44,968 nt of DNA from a virus (taxonomy: Duplodnaviria > Caudoviricetes): the IMG/VR virus record IMGVR_UViG_3300048599_000066, positions 1-44,968 of that record. One strand, 5' to 3'. How positions within the stretch are numbered: position 1 is the first letter of the stretch; the number at the start of each line of letters is the position of its first letter. The position numbers and the translations under genes are program-made. Under the pieces are notes generated by a model that saw only the letters and a program-made list of their open reading frames with translations, searched no databases and was not told the DNA's origin. Below, piece after piece: positions 34,969-43,597 of the stretch.

Positions 34969-35164
34969 GTTTCGGTAATATGGGTGAAAACCGGATAGGC
35001 ATGAGCCGAATTTGTTCTGGCAGTAGGTCGATGTCATAGAGGATCGATGTCAGGGGCGCCGAGTCACTCACCATTTTGCGATATGGTTTAAGCGCCTCCA
35101 CAACCGCCATTTCCTCTTCGTCCGTGACTTTGATGGTGATCGTTCTGTCGACATTCCCGGTCAT
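34931..35164 (-). pseudogene. Small gene truncated by the IS right end
   Basis: The frame reads into the IR at 35007 (…EQI|RLMPIRFSP). Confidence 0.55.
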
Positions 35165-35188
35165 TGTGTCGTTACCTTTTCATTTGCG

Positions 35189-35812
35189 TTACGCAACCGC
35201 TCGTTCGGCCTGTTTCGTGTTTGCCTGGAACACGGCCCGCGCAAATCCCAAAGGGGTAGCGCTCCGAAAATCTGCCCGTTCGTCGCTCGGTGGCGCTTTA
35301 TGGATACGATCATCGGGCGCTGAGTTGGCCGCAGCATTCGGCTCTGGCATCACGAAGCCGCCGCCGGTCCACAAGCAGGTCTTTTTGGTGTAGTTATCGG
35401 CAAGCTCAAACCCTGTGTATTGCCATGGGTGGAAGGTGTGGTTTGGCTTGCGCCAATAAGTTGCGAGTGTGCTGACCGGGTTCTCGATCATGTACGGGGC
35501 GCCGCTGTCCTCGCAGATTTCGCGGCAGGCATCCACAATCGACAGCGCCTCGATAAGGGCCCCCATACCCTTGCTCTGAAACCAGCGCGCGCCCGAGACG
35601 GCCAGATGGGTGCATGGCGGGAAGGCGAACACAATGGCCGGCGGCCCGAACCGGAGCGGGTAGCGCCACCTGGTCACGTCCGCGACGAAGTGATGCCGCT
35701 TCGGATTGGCCGTCTGGCTCTCCTGCATATCGACTGTGATGGCCTCATAGCCAGCCTCGATCCAGGGCTGGACCATGTTGCCGGTTCGGTCGCACAGGCT
35801 GAGAACGATCAT
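35189..35812 (-). CDS. DNA cytosine methyltransferase (phage Dcm-like)
   Basis: VLSLCD motif I, AFPPCTHL catalytic PC, IENP, YTKKTCLW. Confidence 0.85.
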   Translation of the reverse strand: MIVLSLCDRTGNMVQPWIEAGYEAITVDMQESQTANPKRHHFVADVTRWRYPLRFGPPAIVFAFPPCTHLAVSGARWFQSKGMGALIEALSIVDACREICEDSGAPYMIENPVSTLATYWRKPNHTFHPWQYTGFELADNYTKKTCLWTGGGFVMPEPNAAANSAPDDRIHKAPPSDERADFRSATPLGFARAVFQANTKQAERAVA

Positions 35813-35816
35813 GTCA

Positions 35817-35999
35817 CTACCGCCCGATCTGCGACGAACCCCAATCCATACCGGCAACCCTCATTAGTCGCTGGCAATGCATCGTGTGTGATTGTTTTGT
35901 GCAGTCGCACTCGCCATCGTTGGTCAGGCTGCCGCACCCCTCGCACCACCATTTGTAGTCACTGACTGTCCTCGTTGGATTCTGGCGGTCTTTTTCCAT
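35817..35999 (-). CDS. Small Cys-rich hypothetical protein
   Basis: MEKDRQNP..WCEGC..ECDC. Confidence 0.5.
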   Translation of the reverse strand: MEKDRQNPTRTVSDYKWWCEGCGSLTNDGECDCTKQSHTMHCQRLMRVAGMDWGSSQIGR

Positions 36000-36015
36000 T
36001 GTTATGATCCACTGA

Positions 36016-36240
36016 TTATCGCCGCTTGCGCGGCTTCTGGTCGCGCATGTACCAGGCGACCAGTTTGTTAAATTCCGCGCGTGGGATGGTGATGTTTTGC
36101 GTGGATGGGTGGCCGGTCTTCTGCTGGTACAGGCTAACGCGCCAACCGTCTGTGAGAATCCAGAAGTCGCCAGTGTCTTTGTGGTCTGTCCGTAGGCCGG
36201 ACGCAACCTCGTCGTCGCCCTTTGCGTCGTACGGTCTCAT
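36016..36240 (-). CDS. Hypothetical protein
   Basis: GAGG RBS; 74 aa. Confidence 0.65.
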   Translation of the reverse strand: MRPYDAKGDDEVASGLRTDHKDTGDFWILTDGWRVSLYQQKTGHPSTQNITIPRAEFNKLVAWYMRDQKPRKRR

Positions 36241-36252
36241 GTCATTGTCCTC

Positions 36253-36420
36253 TTATCTGGGTGGTTGTTCGTTTCGAACGAGGTCAAAGACGGCATCCGC
36301 TAACTCGGCGGCCAGTTCAATTTTATGCCCCATGTGCATAATCTCCGCGCGGCGGTTCCATTCATCGATTACCTCACGGATGCATTTGTGAATATCGTGG
36401 CGGGTTAACGTGATCGGCAT
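36253..36420 (-). CDS. Hypothetical protein
   Basis: GGAG RBS; MPITLTRHDIHKCIREVIDEWNRR... Confidence 0.55.
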   Translation of the reverse strand: MPITLTRHDIHKCIREVIDEWNRRAEIMHMGHKIELAAELADAVFDLVRNEQPPR

Positions 36421-36432
36421 TGTCGGTGTCTC

Positions 36433-36690
36433 CTAATCTGCGGTGCGCAGGCTGTAGGTCATCGCACCCATCCCACATTTGGTGCAGACACGTTCGCCGC
36501 CGAGGCCGCCATCAATCTCTCGCCAGCCTTGAAAATCGTGATCGCAGGCGTCTAGCTTTGGTGATACGTGGTGGAAGAACGACGCCCATGAGGCGCGACC
36601 GGGGCAATCGGTCTTCTCGCATTTCGGCACCGTCGCATCGTTGGTGCTGTTCGGACAGGCCGGGAACCGTTCACACAATGCGCCGCTCAT
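36433..36690 (-). CDS. Cys-rich hypothetical protein
   Basis: AGGAG RBS; CDHDFQGW..VCTKCG. Confidence 0.65.
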   Translation of the reverse strand: MSGALCERFPACPNSTNDATVPKCEKTDCPGRASWASFFHHVSPKLDACDHDFQGWREIDGGLGGERVCTKCGMGAMTYSLRTAD

Positions 36691-36859
36691 CTGTCTCTCC
36701 TACCTCGTTAATCTCTAATCTGGGATGCTTCGAACGCCGCCAGATCGCGCGCAATAAACCGGCGCTCGATCTCCTGATCCTCGGGGGATTTGTGCGGCCA
36801 TTGCTCGGCAGCGACCCGCAAGAGATCGGAACAGGTCGCGAACGATCCGGCCGCCGCCC

Positions 36860-37095
36860 GTGTCAATGGTGTGTCAGTTTTCTCGCACGTTCCCGTGGTG
36901 TTCACGCTTGAAAGTGCATGAACTTGCGAGGTCCGAAAGTCGGGACCGCTTATCTGTTGCGGATTCTTGGGGGCTTCTGTATATCGGCCGTGGGCCACCC
37001 CTCCCCAACGAGGGGAATTGCATTCATCGTCTATCGTCATGATGCTGCTTTCTTTTTTGCTTCACCAATAATCGGCTGTGTCAGCGGTGTGCCAG
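36860..37095. other. Putative attP
   Basis: Paired arm-type repeats GTGTCAATGGTGTGTCAG (36860-36877) and GTGTCAGCGGTGTGCCAG (37078-37095) flank an inverted repeat CCCCTC-N6-GAGGGG (36998-37015) at the int 3' end. Confidence 0.6.
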
Positions 37096-38026
37096 CGATG
37101 CACTCCGTAATCGTTCGGTCATCGTTGGCGTGGCCGTAGGTCTGGAACACATGCTGCGGCGTTTTCCATCCCCCAAGTTTCGCAATCGTCACCACGTCCA
37201 CGCCTTGCCTCAAGAGCGCGGTTGCAAAGCCGTGCCGGCAGGAATGCGGCGATAGTTGATCGATCCCGGCCCGCGCACAATTCGAGCGCCAAAGTTTTTG
37301 CGGCGTCGATTTGGACGGCCAGCCAAACACCCTTCCCTTGCCCCCCAGGTTCGCCAGTTCAACCACGAGCGGCGCCGGCAAGTGGGCGATGCGCTCGCTG
37401 CCGATCTTGCTTTCGCGGATCAACACAGTCCGCTCTTGCAGGTCCACGTCCCTCCATTCGACGGCAACCGCTTCCGAAATACGGGCGCCCGTAAGAAACA
37501 GAAACCACGCCAGCGCGGACAATCGAGGCGAGCGTGAGGCTGCCGCAAAATCTTGCACCCATTCCAAGGTTGCGGGCCTCTTGACCTTCGAAATGACCGG
37601 GAACCGCTTCACCGAGATTTTCTTGCAAAGTTCGGATTCGGCCGCGTTGTTGATGATGGCCTGCGTCGGGACGACGACTTGCCGGTTGCGCGTGGCGCCG
37701 CTCGCCTTCGGGTACAGTGTTAATGCGGATTGCCTTATCCCGCCGGCCGTGATGTCCTTGACAAGCGTGTCCTTCCAATGGTCCTCGATGGCCGAAAGGA
37801 AGCGCGCCGATTTACCCGATGATCGATATAGCATGGCGGCCTGTGCGAAGGTTACGACCGCTTCCGGTCCAGCAATATGACTTTTCCACTGTTGCGTCTC
37901 GATGATTGCGGCTTTCTGTTCTGCCTGTTCTTTGATCGAAGTGCTTGTAGAGCCGCGTAATCTCCGACCGGCAACTGTGCCCCGATAGTGCCAGATGCCG
38001 CCGCGCTTGTAGAGTGTGAGGGACAT
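37037..38026 (-). CDS. int: Tyrosine integrase
   Basis: TGARISEA, SKIG, HSCRHGFAT, LGGW..YGH catalytic motifs; N-terminal arm-binding domain. Confidence 0.95.
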   Translation of the reverse strand: MSLTLYKRGGIWHYRGTVAGRRLRGSTSTSIKEQAEQKAAIIETQQWKSHIAGPEAVVTFAQAAMLYRSSGKSARFLSAIEDHWKDTLVKDITAGGIRQSALTLYPKASGATRNRQVVVPTQAIINNAAESELCKKISVKRFPVISKVKRPATLEWVQDFAAASRSPRLSALAWFLFLTGARISEAVAVEWRDVDLQERTVLIRESKIGSERIAHLPAPLVVELANLGGKGRVFGWPSKSTPQKLWRSNCARAGIDQLSPHSCRHGFATALLRQGVDVVTIAKLGGWKTPQHVFQTYGHANDDRTITECIAGTPLTQPIIGEAKKKAAS

Positions 38027-38193
38027 GGCTTTGATGCCTCCAAAATAGCGTCAACGTCTTTGGGCGTCAGGATCATACGATTACCCAAAATCCGGCAGGC
38101 TCCAAGCCCCCTTGCCATTTCACGCACACGCCTGGCTGACCATCCAAGATGGTCGGCTAGTTGTTCCGGCGTGGTAAATTCTGGCAAGGTCAT
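37852..38193 (-). CDS. xis: Excisionase-like HTH protein overlapping the int 5' end
   Basis: TPEQLADHLGWSARRVREMAR; immediately upstream of int. Confidence 0.7.
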   Translation of the reverse strand: MTLPEFTTPEQLADHLGWSARRVREMARGLGACRILGNRMILTPKDVDAILEASKPCPSHSTSAAASGTIGAQLPVGDYAALQALRSKNRQNRKPQSSRRNSGKVILLDRKRS

Positions 38194-38218
38194 GTCATCA
38201 CAAATGGGGAATTAATGT

Positions 38219-38869
38219 CTATGGGGCCATGCCGGGGAATGTCCGACTGACTTGGATTTTCCGATCTTGAATCTCTGGCGTGTTCATCACCTTGCGCGGC
38301 CCATCCATATAGAACCGGCATGCAAGGTTGGTCGCCGCGCCGTACTGAGCGCCAGACAGGCCCATGTCGTTGATGATCTTGTTTTTGAAGGAGGCAGCGC
38401 GGAGGGCTTCGCGGTCGTGATCCCATGCATCTTTGTCCGACCACTTGCTGTGGTCGTACTTCTTCGCAAGCATGTGTCGCAGGATTTCGGCGGCGGTGAT
38501 CTGGATGCATTGTTCGTAACCTGGGCCAAGGCCGCCCATCTCTATCGACCACACGACCTGACCGGCATCCCATCGCGCGAGCCAATCGGCCGCGTCGGCG
38601 CCGTAGGACTCAATCTCACGGTGCTCGCGTTCCTCGGCATCGGTGCGATACCAGACCTTCACGCCGTCAATGAACAGCCCGCGCACCGGAGCGCCGATGC
38701 CCCTGCCATACTTCCGTGCAACCCATCCGACCTTGGGTACAATGGGGCAGTCTTTCCCGCACCATAGGTGCCAGCCATCGCAGCCGATCGCATAGGTTCC
38801 GTCGCTCTGCTTTTCGACGCTATCGATCGTCTCGTCTTGAAATTCGGTGTCGTTCTCAGGATATGTCAT
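38219..38869 (-). CDS. Hypothetical protein
   Basis: GGAG RBS; 216 aa. Confidence 0.75.
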   Translation of the reverse strand: MTYPENDTEFQDETIDSVEKQSDGTYAIGCDGWHLWCGKDCPIVPKVGWVARKYGRGIGAPVRGLFIDGVKVWYRTDAEEREHREIESYGADAADWLARWDAGQVVWSIEMGGLGPGYEQCIQITAAEILRHMLAKKYDHSKWSDKDAWDHDREALRAASFKNKIINDMGLSGAQYGAATNLACRFYMDGPRKVMNTPEIQDRKIQVSRTFPGMAP

Positions 38870-38897
38870 CCGTCTCTCCAACTGTACTAACGGCGGT

Positions 38898-39083
38898 TTA
38901 ACGAGGTTCGCGCGCAAGCTTGATTATTTTCCGCGCCTTCTCAAGCGCCACTTGCTGCGCCGCGTAACCCCATGTGCGCTTAAATTCTTCCTGCGTTTTT
39001 AGTCCGTAAGTCTCCGGCCCCACAGAGAACGCGGCGCGGTCAATAATTGCCGCCGCCTGCTTCGCCAAGCTTTCTCTTATCAT
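38898..39083 (-). CDS. Hypothetical protein
   Basis: GAGG RBS; MIRESLAKQAAAII... Confidence 0.55.
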   Translation of the reverse strand: MIRESLAKQAAAIIDRAAFSVGPETYGLKTQEEFKRTWGYAAQQVALEKARKIIKLAREPR

Positions 39084-39105
39084 AGTCGCCCTCAATATTG
39101 CGGGT

Positions 39106-39309
39106 TTAACGGCAGTCTCGGATTTCAAGACCGTTTGTCGCGTTGCGCAGGCATCGTTCGTGATCTTCGCTGTGTTGCGCGATACTTTCGATGGCCGCCC
39201 CGCCAAGCCAAAGAATGGCAAGAACCATCGGCGGAACGCAGACTATTGACAGCAAAACAACCTGCCACAGCTTGGGGTAGGGGGGATCGTTCGTCATCTT
39301 CGGCCTCAT
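39106..39309 (-). CDS. Membrane protein
   Basis: TM LWQVVLLSIVCVPPMVLAILWL. Confidence 0.55.
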   Translation of the reverse strand: MRPKMTNDPPYPKLWQVVLLSIVCVPPMVLAILWLGGAAIESIAQHSEDHERCLRNATNGLEIRDCR

Positions 39310-39428
39310 TGTACGGCGGTTAGCGTGTGGCATAGCAAATCAATGCGACCCCGCTTAGGACCGCAAAGATAGAGAGGGGGACCCACATCATTTCCATGTC
39401 AGACAATTCCTCGTTATTCAGTCGTTAA

Positions 39429-39701
39429 CTACGCGCGCCCCGACATCTCGGGTTGCCCCTCAAAGCGCGCAATCATTTCCTACATAAGCGTCACGACATC
39501 TTTTCGGTTTGCGCCGTTGCTGATGTAGTTGCACCGGCCCGTTGCGATCTCACCGAAGGGGAAGACCATCAGGACGAAACCAACGGAGCGTTCGGCCCCC
39601 TTGGCCTTGCCATTGAACGTCTGGTCAAGTGCCGCAGCGACGGCATTCATGTTCTCCTTGAATTTCGGCTCAATCGGGCCATCGCCGAGGCGCTCGGTCA
39701 T
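39429..39701 (-). pseudogene. Hypothetical gene with an in-frame TAG at 39480-39482
   Basis: ...KDVVTLM*EMIARFEGQPEMSGRA*; protein-like continuation past the stop. Confidence 0.55.
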
Positions 39702-39943
39702 GACGTGAGTTCCTTCACAACCCACATCACGGACTGCTCAAGCGACGTAATCGCCAGCGAGTTGTATCGGCCCGGCTTCACCTTGCCGAAAAGCACTTCA
39801 AGCTCTGCTGCCTTGTCTTTGATCTGATCGTGCAAGGCCTTCTCATCATCCGTCAGAGCGCGGTAGCGCGGACGGAATCGGCTCACCGGGATCGCGGTGT
39901 CAGCCTGTCGGTCGTCGGTTTTGCCTTCAAACACATTAGCCAT
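39698..39943 (-). CDS. Acb2/Tad1-like immune-signal sponge protein
   Basis: AGGAG RBS; YRALTDDEKALHDQIKDKAAELE..GRYNSLAITSLEQSVMW helical hairpin pattern. Confidence 0.7.
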   Translation of the reverse strand: MANVFEGKTDDRQADTAIPVSRFRPRYRALTDDEKALHDQIKDKAAELEVLFGKVKPGRYNSLAITSLEQSVMWVVKELTS

Positions 39944-40144
39944 TTCTTTTCTCCTGTTGAAAGTTGGTTGCCGCGTTAAACTCGCATTTGCTTTGGAGCG
40001 CCGCCGGCGTCCCGGCATTCCGATATGAGGGACAACATCCCCGCACTTATGACCGTCAGGTCGGCTACACCTTCCTGATCCGTAGTGCTCCAAACTCTCA
40101 TCGTTAAATTCCCATTTCCGATTTGTGGTGGGAGCGGTCCGCCA

Positions 40145-40450
40145 TCACGCCTGTCCTTTGGCGAGGGCGAGCAGTTTTCGATTGCGCGCCGAAGCTTCGA
40201 TGGCCTGCGCGTAGATGTGAAGCGCCGACACGTTCGGCGTGTCACCGACCAGCAGTTCTAGAATGTCGTTCGAGGCTTCCAGCGCCTTCACGAGATCGTC
40301 GTGGGAGGCGAGTGCGCGCATCACAAATTCAGCGCTGTAGAGATTGCCGTTGATCATGAGATCGTCGGCGGCACCAAGCATGGTGTAGGTACGAACGGGC
40401 GCAAATTCTGGCTCAATCCCCACGTCTTCCGTCTTTGCGGTGTCGGTCAT
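40145..40450 (-). CDS. Hypothetical protein
   Basis: NAEFIVRA-like AEFVMRALASHDDLVKALE phage motif. Confidence 0.65.
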   Translation of the reverse strand: MTDTAKTEDVGIEPEFAPVRTYTMLGAADDLMINGNLYSAEFVMRALASHDDLVKALEASNDILELLVGDTPNVSALHIYAQAIEASARNRKLLALAKGQA

Positions 40451-40465
40451 GTCATTAATCCCCAG

Positions 40466-40798
40466 CTAGTGCCAAGCCCTTACGATCCGCTCGCCCGCTT
40501 CCTGGTCCCCGCTCACTTTGTAGAGCGCCAGAGAAAGGGCTATCGGGTCGATCTGCTTTCCGTTCCACCATGCGCGTTCGTTCCCTGAATGCTGTTCCCT
40601 GTGATCCCGCCCGCAAAGCGGGACGCTGAATGCATCGTCGGGCTTCTCACCCATTCCGGTGGCTCGCTTACCAAGTCTCGGCTCTGCGTATCGAATATGC
40701 GCGGCCTGGGTTGCTGTGTTGTCGAGACAGACCGCACAAGGCAATCCTCGGATGAAATCCAGATGACCGGCGTCCTTCTGGCGGGGCTTGCGGATCAT
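40466..40798 (-). CDS. DUF968/NinG-like HNH-fold protein
   Basis: HLDFIRGLPCAVC..AAHIR..KPDDAFSVPLCGRDHREQH. Confidence 0.8.
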   Translation of the reverse strand: MIRKPRQKDAGHLDFIRGLPCAVCLDNTATQAAHIRYAEPRLGKRATGMGEKPDDAFSVPLCGRDHREQHSGNERAWWNGKQIDPIALSLALYKVSGDQEAGERIVRAWH

Positions 40799-41124
40799 CT
40801 CACCCGCTCCGCTGCCCGTGCGTTGGCGTTCTCGGTTTGCCATACCGATATGATTTTCTCGGCGGCATCCGTTCTGCGCTTGTGACGGGACACTTCAGCT
40901 TGCGCCTCAATCTCGGCATCCAATGCTTCCCGGTAAATCGAGTTGATCAAAACCTTGCTTTCGCGCTCCTTCGCTGTGCCGTCTGTGTCCAAGTAAATTT
41001 CCGCAAAGGCTTCATTCTTTTGCTTCTCGGCAAACAATTCCGCTTTCTGCGCGGCTGCGAGCGGGTGTGGGTCTTCCGCCAGATAGGCGAGCGCCTTGGA
41101 TACGGTGTCGTCAGATACGATCAT
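40795..41124 (-). CDS. Hypothetical helical protein
   Basis: 109 aa ORF coupled to its neighbours. Confidence 0.7.
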   Translation of the reverse strand: MIVSDDTVSKALAYLAEDPHPLAAAQKAELFAEKQKNEAFAEIYLDTDGTAKERESKVLINSIYREALDAEIEAQAEVSRHKRRTDAAEKIISVWQTENANARAAERVR

Positions 41125-41131
41125 GCGTCAC

Positions 41132-41599
41132 CTAAAAAGGAATTTCGTCGTCCATATCGCGCGCATTTTGGGCGCGATCCTTCCCAATATGGGTTGCCGT
41201 TTCCTGGTCATCGCGGCGCTCGTCCTCATACTCGCGGGAGCCGCCCTTGGCGCTGTCGAGCATGACAAGAACGGCGTGGAACCCTTGGAGGACGATTTCG
41301 GTGCTGTATTTCTCCACGCCGTCTTTGTCGGTCCACTTCCTGGTTTGAAGTTGGCCCTCCAAGTAAACCTTGGACCCCTTCTTGAGGTATTGCTCGACAA
41401 CCTTGCAAAGCGGCTCGCTGAAAATCACGACGCGGTGCCACTCGGTTTTTTCCTTGCGCTCGCCCGTCGATTTGTCCCGCCATGACTCTGACGTGGCAAT
41501 CGACAGGTTCGCTATTGGCTTGCCGTCCTGAGTTCTGCGAATCTCGGGGTCTTTCCCGAGGTTGCCGATCAAGATCACCTTGTTGACTGAACCAGCCAT
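41132..41599 (-). CDS. ssb: Single-stranded DNA-binding protein
   Basis: [32 protein letters not shown]. Confidence 0.97.
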   Translation of the reverse strand: MAGSVNKVILIGNLGKDPEIRRTQDGKPIANLSIATSESWRDKSTGERKEKTEWHRVVIFSEPLCKVVEQYLKKGSKVYLEGQLQTRKWTDKDGVEKYSTEIVLQGFHAVLVMLDSAKGGSREYEDERRDDQETATHIGKDRAQNARDMDDEIPF

Positions 41600-42228
41600 T
41601 ATGCGGCTTCCTTCTGTTCATACCGTTTCGTCAGGTCGGAAATCTTGCCTTCCAGTTCGGCAAGAAAATCGGTTACCTGCTTTTCAAGCTCCGCGATGGC
41701 CTTGTCATCGCGCGCGACCCGGCTGACAAAAAGCTGCATCGTCGCAGGCATTCGGGGATCGAACGAAACCCAATCGCACCATTGGCGGCCGGTGCAGGCG
41801 AGTTGCCACTGGATTTGCGCTAGGTATTTGGCGGGCACCGCCGCACCTTGCAGGGTTTCAATGTGCGTCGCAGTCTGCGGACACTTGATCTCGATAAGGC
41901 CATCGTCGCCGATCAACCCGTCAGGGCTGGCGCCGGACATGCCGATATGGGGATGGTCGAAAAACCCGCATTCCTCAACGTTGCAATCGTGCAGGAAATC
42001 GTATGCGGCCCGCGCCAACGGTTCCTGCTCGGTGCCCCATTGCATCGCGGCGTTAACGTAACTTTCGGTCGGAGTCTGCGTCAGGCGCTCGACCAGCAAT
42101 TCCGCCATATAGTTGGCGCGGCTTGCGCCCCATCCGGTTTTGGTCTTGGCCGTCAGGTCAGCCATGCGGGATGCTGTGACCTTGCCAAGCCGCTGCTTTT
42201 TCCATTCGTGCGTGCCCTGCTCGATCAT
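41599..42228 (-). CDS. YqaJ/lambda-type exonuclease
   Basis: [33 protein letters not shown]. Confidence 0.93.
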   Translation of the reverse strand: MIEQGTHEWKKQRLGKVTASRMADLTAKTKTGWGASRANYMAELLVERLTQTPTESYVNAAMQWGTEQEPLARAAYDFLHDCNVEECGFFDHPHIGMSGASPDGLIGDDGLIEIKCPQTATHIETLQGAAVPAKYLAQIQWQLACTGRQWCDWVSFDPRMPATMQLFVSRVARDDKAIAELEKQVTDFLAELEGKISDLTKRYEQKEAA

Positions 42229-42917
42229 TTCGAGGCGCCCCTCTTTGTTTCAAGCATCGCCCTCGCTTCGCCGAACTTGCTGGCCGGGATGTCGCTCAGG
42301 CTTTCGGCCCGCGCCCATTTCAGAAACTTGCTGATGTCCGATTTTGTCTCTTGAATGAGAGACGCCAAGGTATCTATCTGTTCGTCACTGATCGGCCCGC
42401 CTGTCGCGCGGCCGTCATCGTCATTCGACGCAGCCAAGCCGAGCGCCTGCATCAGCGAATAACGCTGTAGATAGGTGAGCGTCGAGCCGATGGCTTGGAT
42501 GGCGTTCTTGTTCCCGGTATTGTCAGGCGGGCCGGAAAGCGTCGTTTCCTCGCTGTGCCCGAGCTTGTGCGACAGAACGCAGGTCACGTTGATGCGCTCG
42601 TTCTGTTGGGATCGAAAACGATAGGAGAGGCCGTGCCGCGACAGGATCGGATCAACCGCCAGTGCAATTGCCGCGAAATCTGCGTATCTCTTTTCGTTGT
42701 GACCTTTTGCATTGCGCGTGACCGGCTTGATTTCTGACTTGGCATCGGCGACCGCCGCGTCAAATGCCTTGCGCGCGTGGTTGGCTTCCCATCGCTCCTG
42801 CAAGCCCATTAGCTTTTCGATGGTTTCGATACCGGCGCCGGAAGTCACGGCGCGCTCAATCATGTCCATTGGCGTTAATGTCGCCGGAAGCGGCTCAATG
42901 CGTGCGATCTGGCTCAC
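42225..42917 (-). CDS. erf: ERF-family ssDNA annealing protein
   Basis: YADFAAI..LSRHGL..QAIGSTLTYLQRYSL..DDDG. Confidence 0.92.
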   Translation of the reverse strand: MSQIARIEPLPATLTPMDMIERAVTSGAGIETIEKLMGLQERWEANHARKAFDAAVADAKSEIKPVTRNAKGHNEKRYADFAAIALAVDPILSRHGLSYRFRSQQNERINVTCVLSHKLGHSEETTLSGPPDNTGNKNAIQAIGSTLTYLQRYSLMQALGLAASNDDDGRATGGPISDEQIDTLASLIQETKSDISKFLKWARAESLSDIPASKFGEARAMLETKRGASK

Positions 42918-43096
42918 TTGTAAACCTCCGTGCAGTCGTCAATGTCGATCACGTCGCGAACGCTGTCCGCAAGCTTCTGCTTCCAATCATCCGGCGGGCA
43001 TTCCCGCTTGATGCGCTCGCAGGTCTCTAAAACCTTCTTGCGTTGGGCCTTGGCGGTGTAGTTCTTGCGGCCCAAGCGATGGTTGATGGGGTTCAT
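42914..43096 (-). CDS. Hypothetical protein
   Basis: 60 aa ORF coupled to erf. Confidence 0.55.
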   Translation of the reverse strand: MNPINHRLGRKNYTAKAQRKKVLETCERIKRECPPDDWKQKLADSVRDVIDIDDCTEVYK

Positions 43097-43110
43097 GGGA
43101 CAACTGCCAT

Positions 43111-43494
43111 CTATTGCTCGGGTGCATCCGACTGGTGATCAGAGAGTCCCGTTGCCTTGGCGAGCGCGGCCGAAACCTTGCGCCTGGTTTCTGGGTCAAA
43201 GTCGGCCTTGAATATGTTGGCTGCCGCCAGCGCCTCATACAGTTCCGGCGCTGCTGCGATTAGGCGAGCGTTGGCGTCACGCTCGGGGTCGATTTTGTGT
43301 TCGTGGCCCTTGCCGCGCTTGACGGGCAATTGGGGGTTGGCATGCGCGACAACATTGCCGCCCGCCATAACAACCGACGAGCCGTCATTCGGAAACATGC
43401 CGTATTGGACAATCAGATCTGCGATGCGCCAAGGCCCGGGTGTATAATCACCAGTCGTGACGGTGCCGCTTGCTGTGCTGGTCATTGTCCCCAT
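43111..43494 (-). CDS. Hypothetical phage protein
   Basis: TPGPW..ANARLIAAAPELYEAL, a common phage motif. Confidence 0.75.
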   Translation of the reverse strand: MGTMTSTASGTVTTGDYTPGPWRIADLIVQYGMFPNDGSSVVMAGGNVVAHANPQLPVKRGKGHEHKIDPERDANARLIAAAPELYEALAAANIFKADFDPETRRKVSAALAKATGLSDHQSDAPEQ

Positions 43495-43497
43495 CCT

Positions 43498-43596
43498 CTA
43501 ATGAATCCAAAACGCCACGATCAGAACAGCGCATCCGAAGAACACTGTTCCAGCTACCGTTGCGTTGATGACTGCGGATAGATGCTCGATTTCCAT
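43498..43596 (-). CDS. Tiny membrane protein
   Basis: MEIEHLSAVINATVAGTVFFGCAVLIVAFWIH. Confidence 0.45.
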   Translation of the reverse strand: MEIEHLSAVINATVAGTVFFGCAVLIVAFWIH

Positions 43597-43597
43597 G

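Larger units (their letters stand above)
33484..35007 (+). mobile_element. IS1595-family insertion sequence with passenger ORFs
   Basis: 27-bp imperfect terminal IRs GGATCATGCCTATCCGGTTGACACCCA (33484-33510) and TGGGTGAAAACCGGATAGGCATGAGCC (34981-35007); no flanking direct repeat. Confidence 0.9.

Noticed and set aside
36708-37040. 110-aa ORF downstream of int
   Set aside because: It spans the putative attP arm and core sites and has atypical composition; probably non-coding, although it has an ATGA overlap
39480-39482. Genome-wide stop-codon recoding
   Set aside because: Only one internal TAG was seen, and many intact genes, including terL, end at TAG
38200-40460. Integron cassette array
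   Set aside because: A few RYYYAAC matches exist, but there are no attC palindromes ending in GTTRRRY and no IntI-type integrase was recognised
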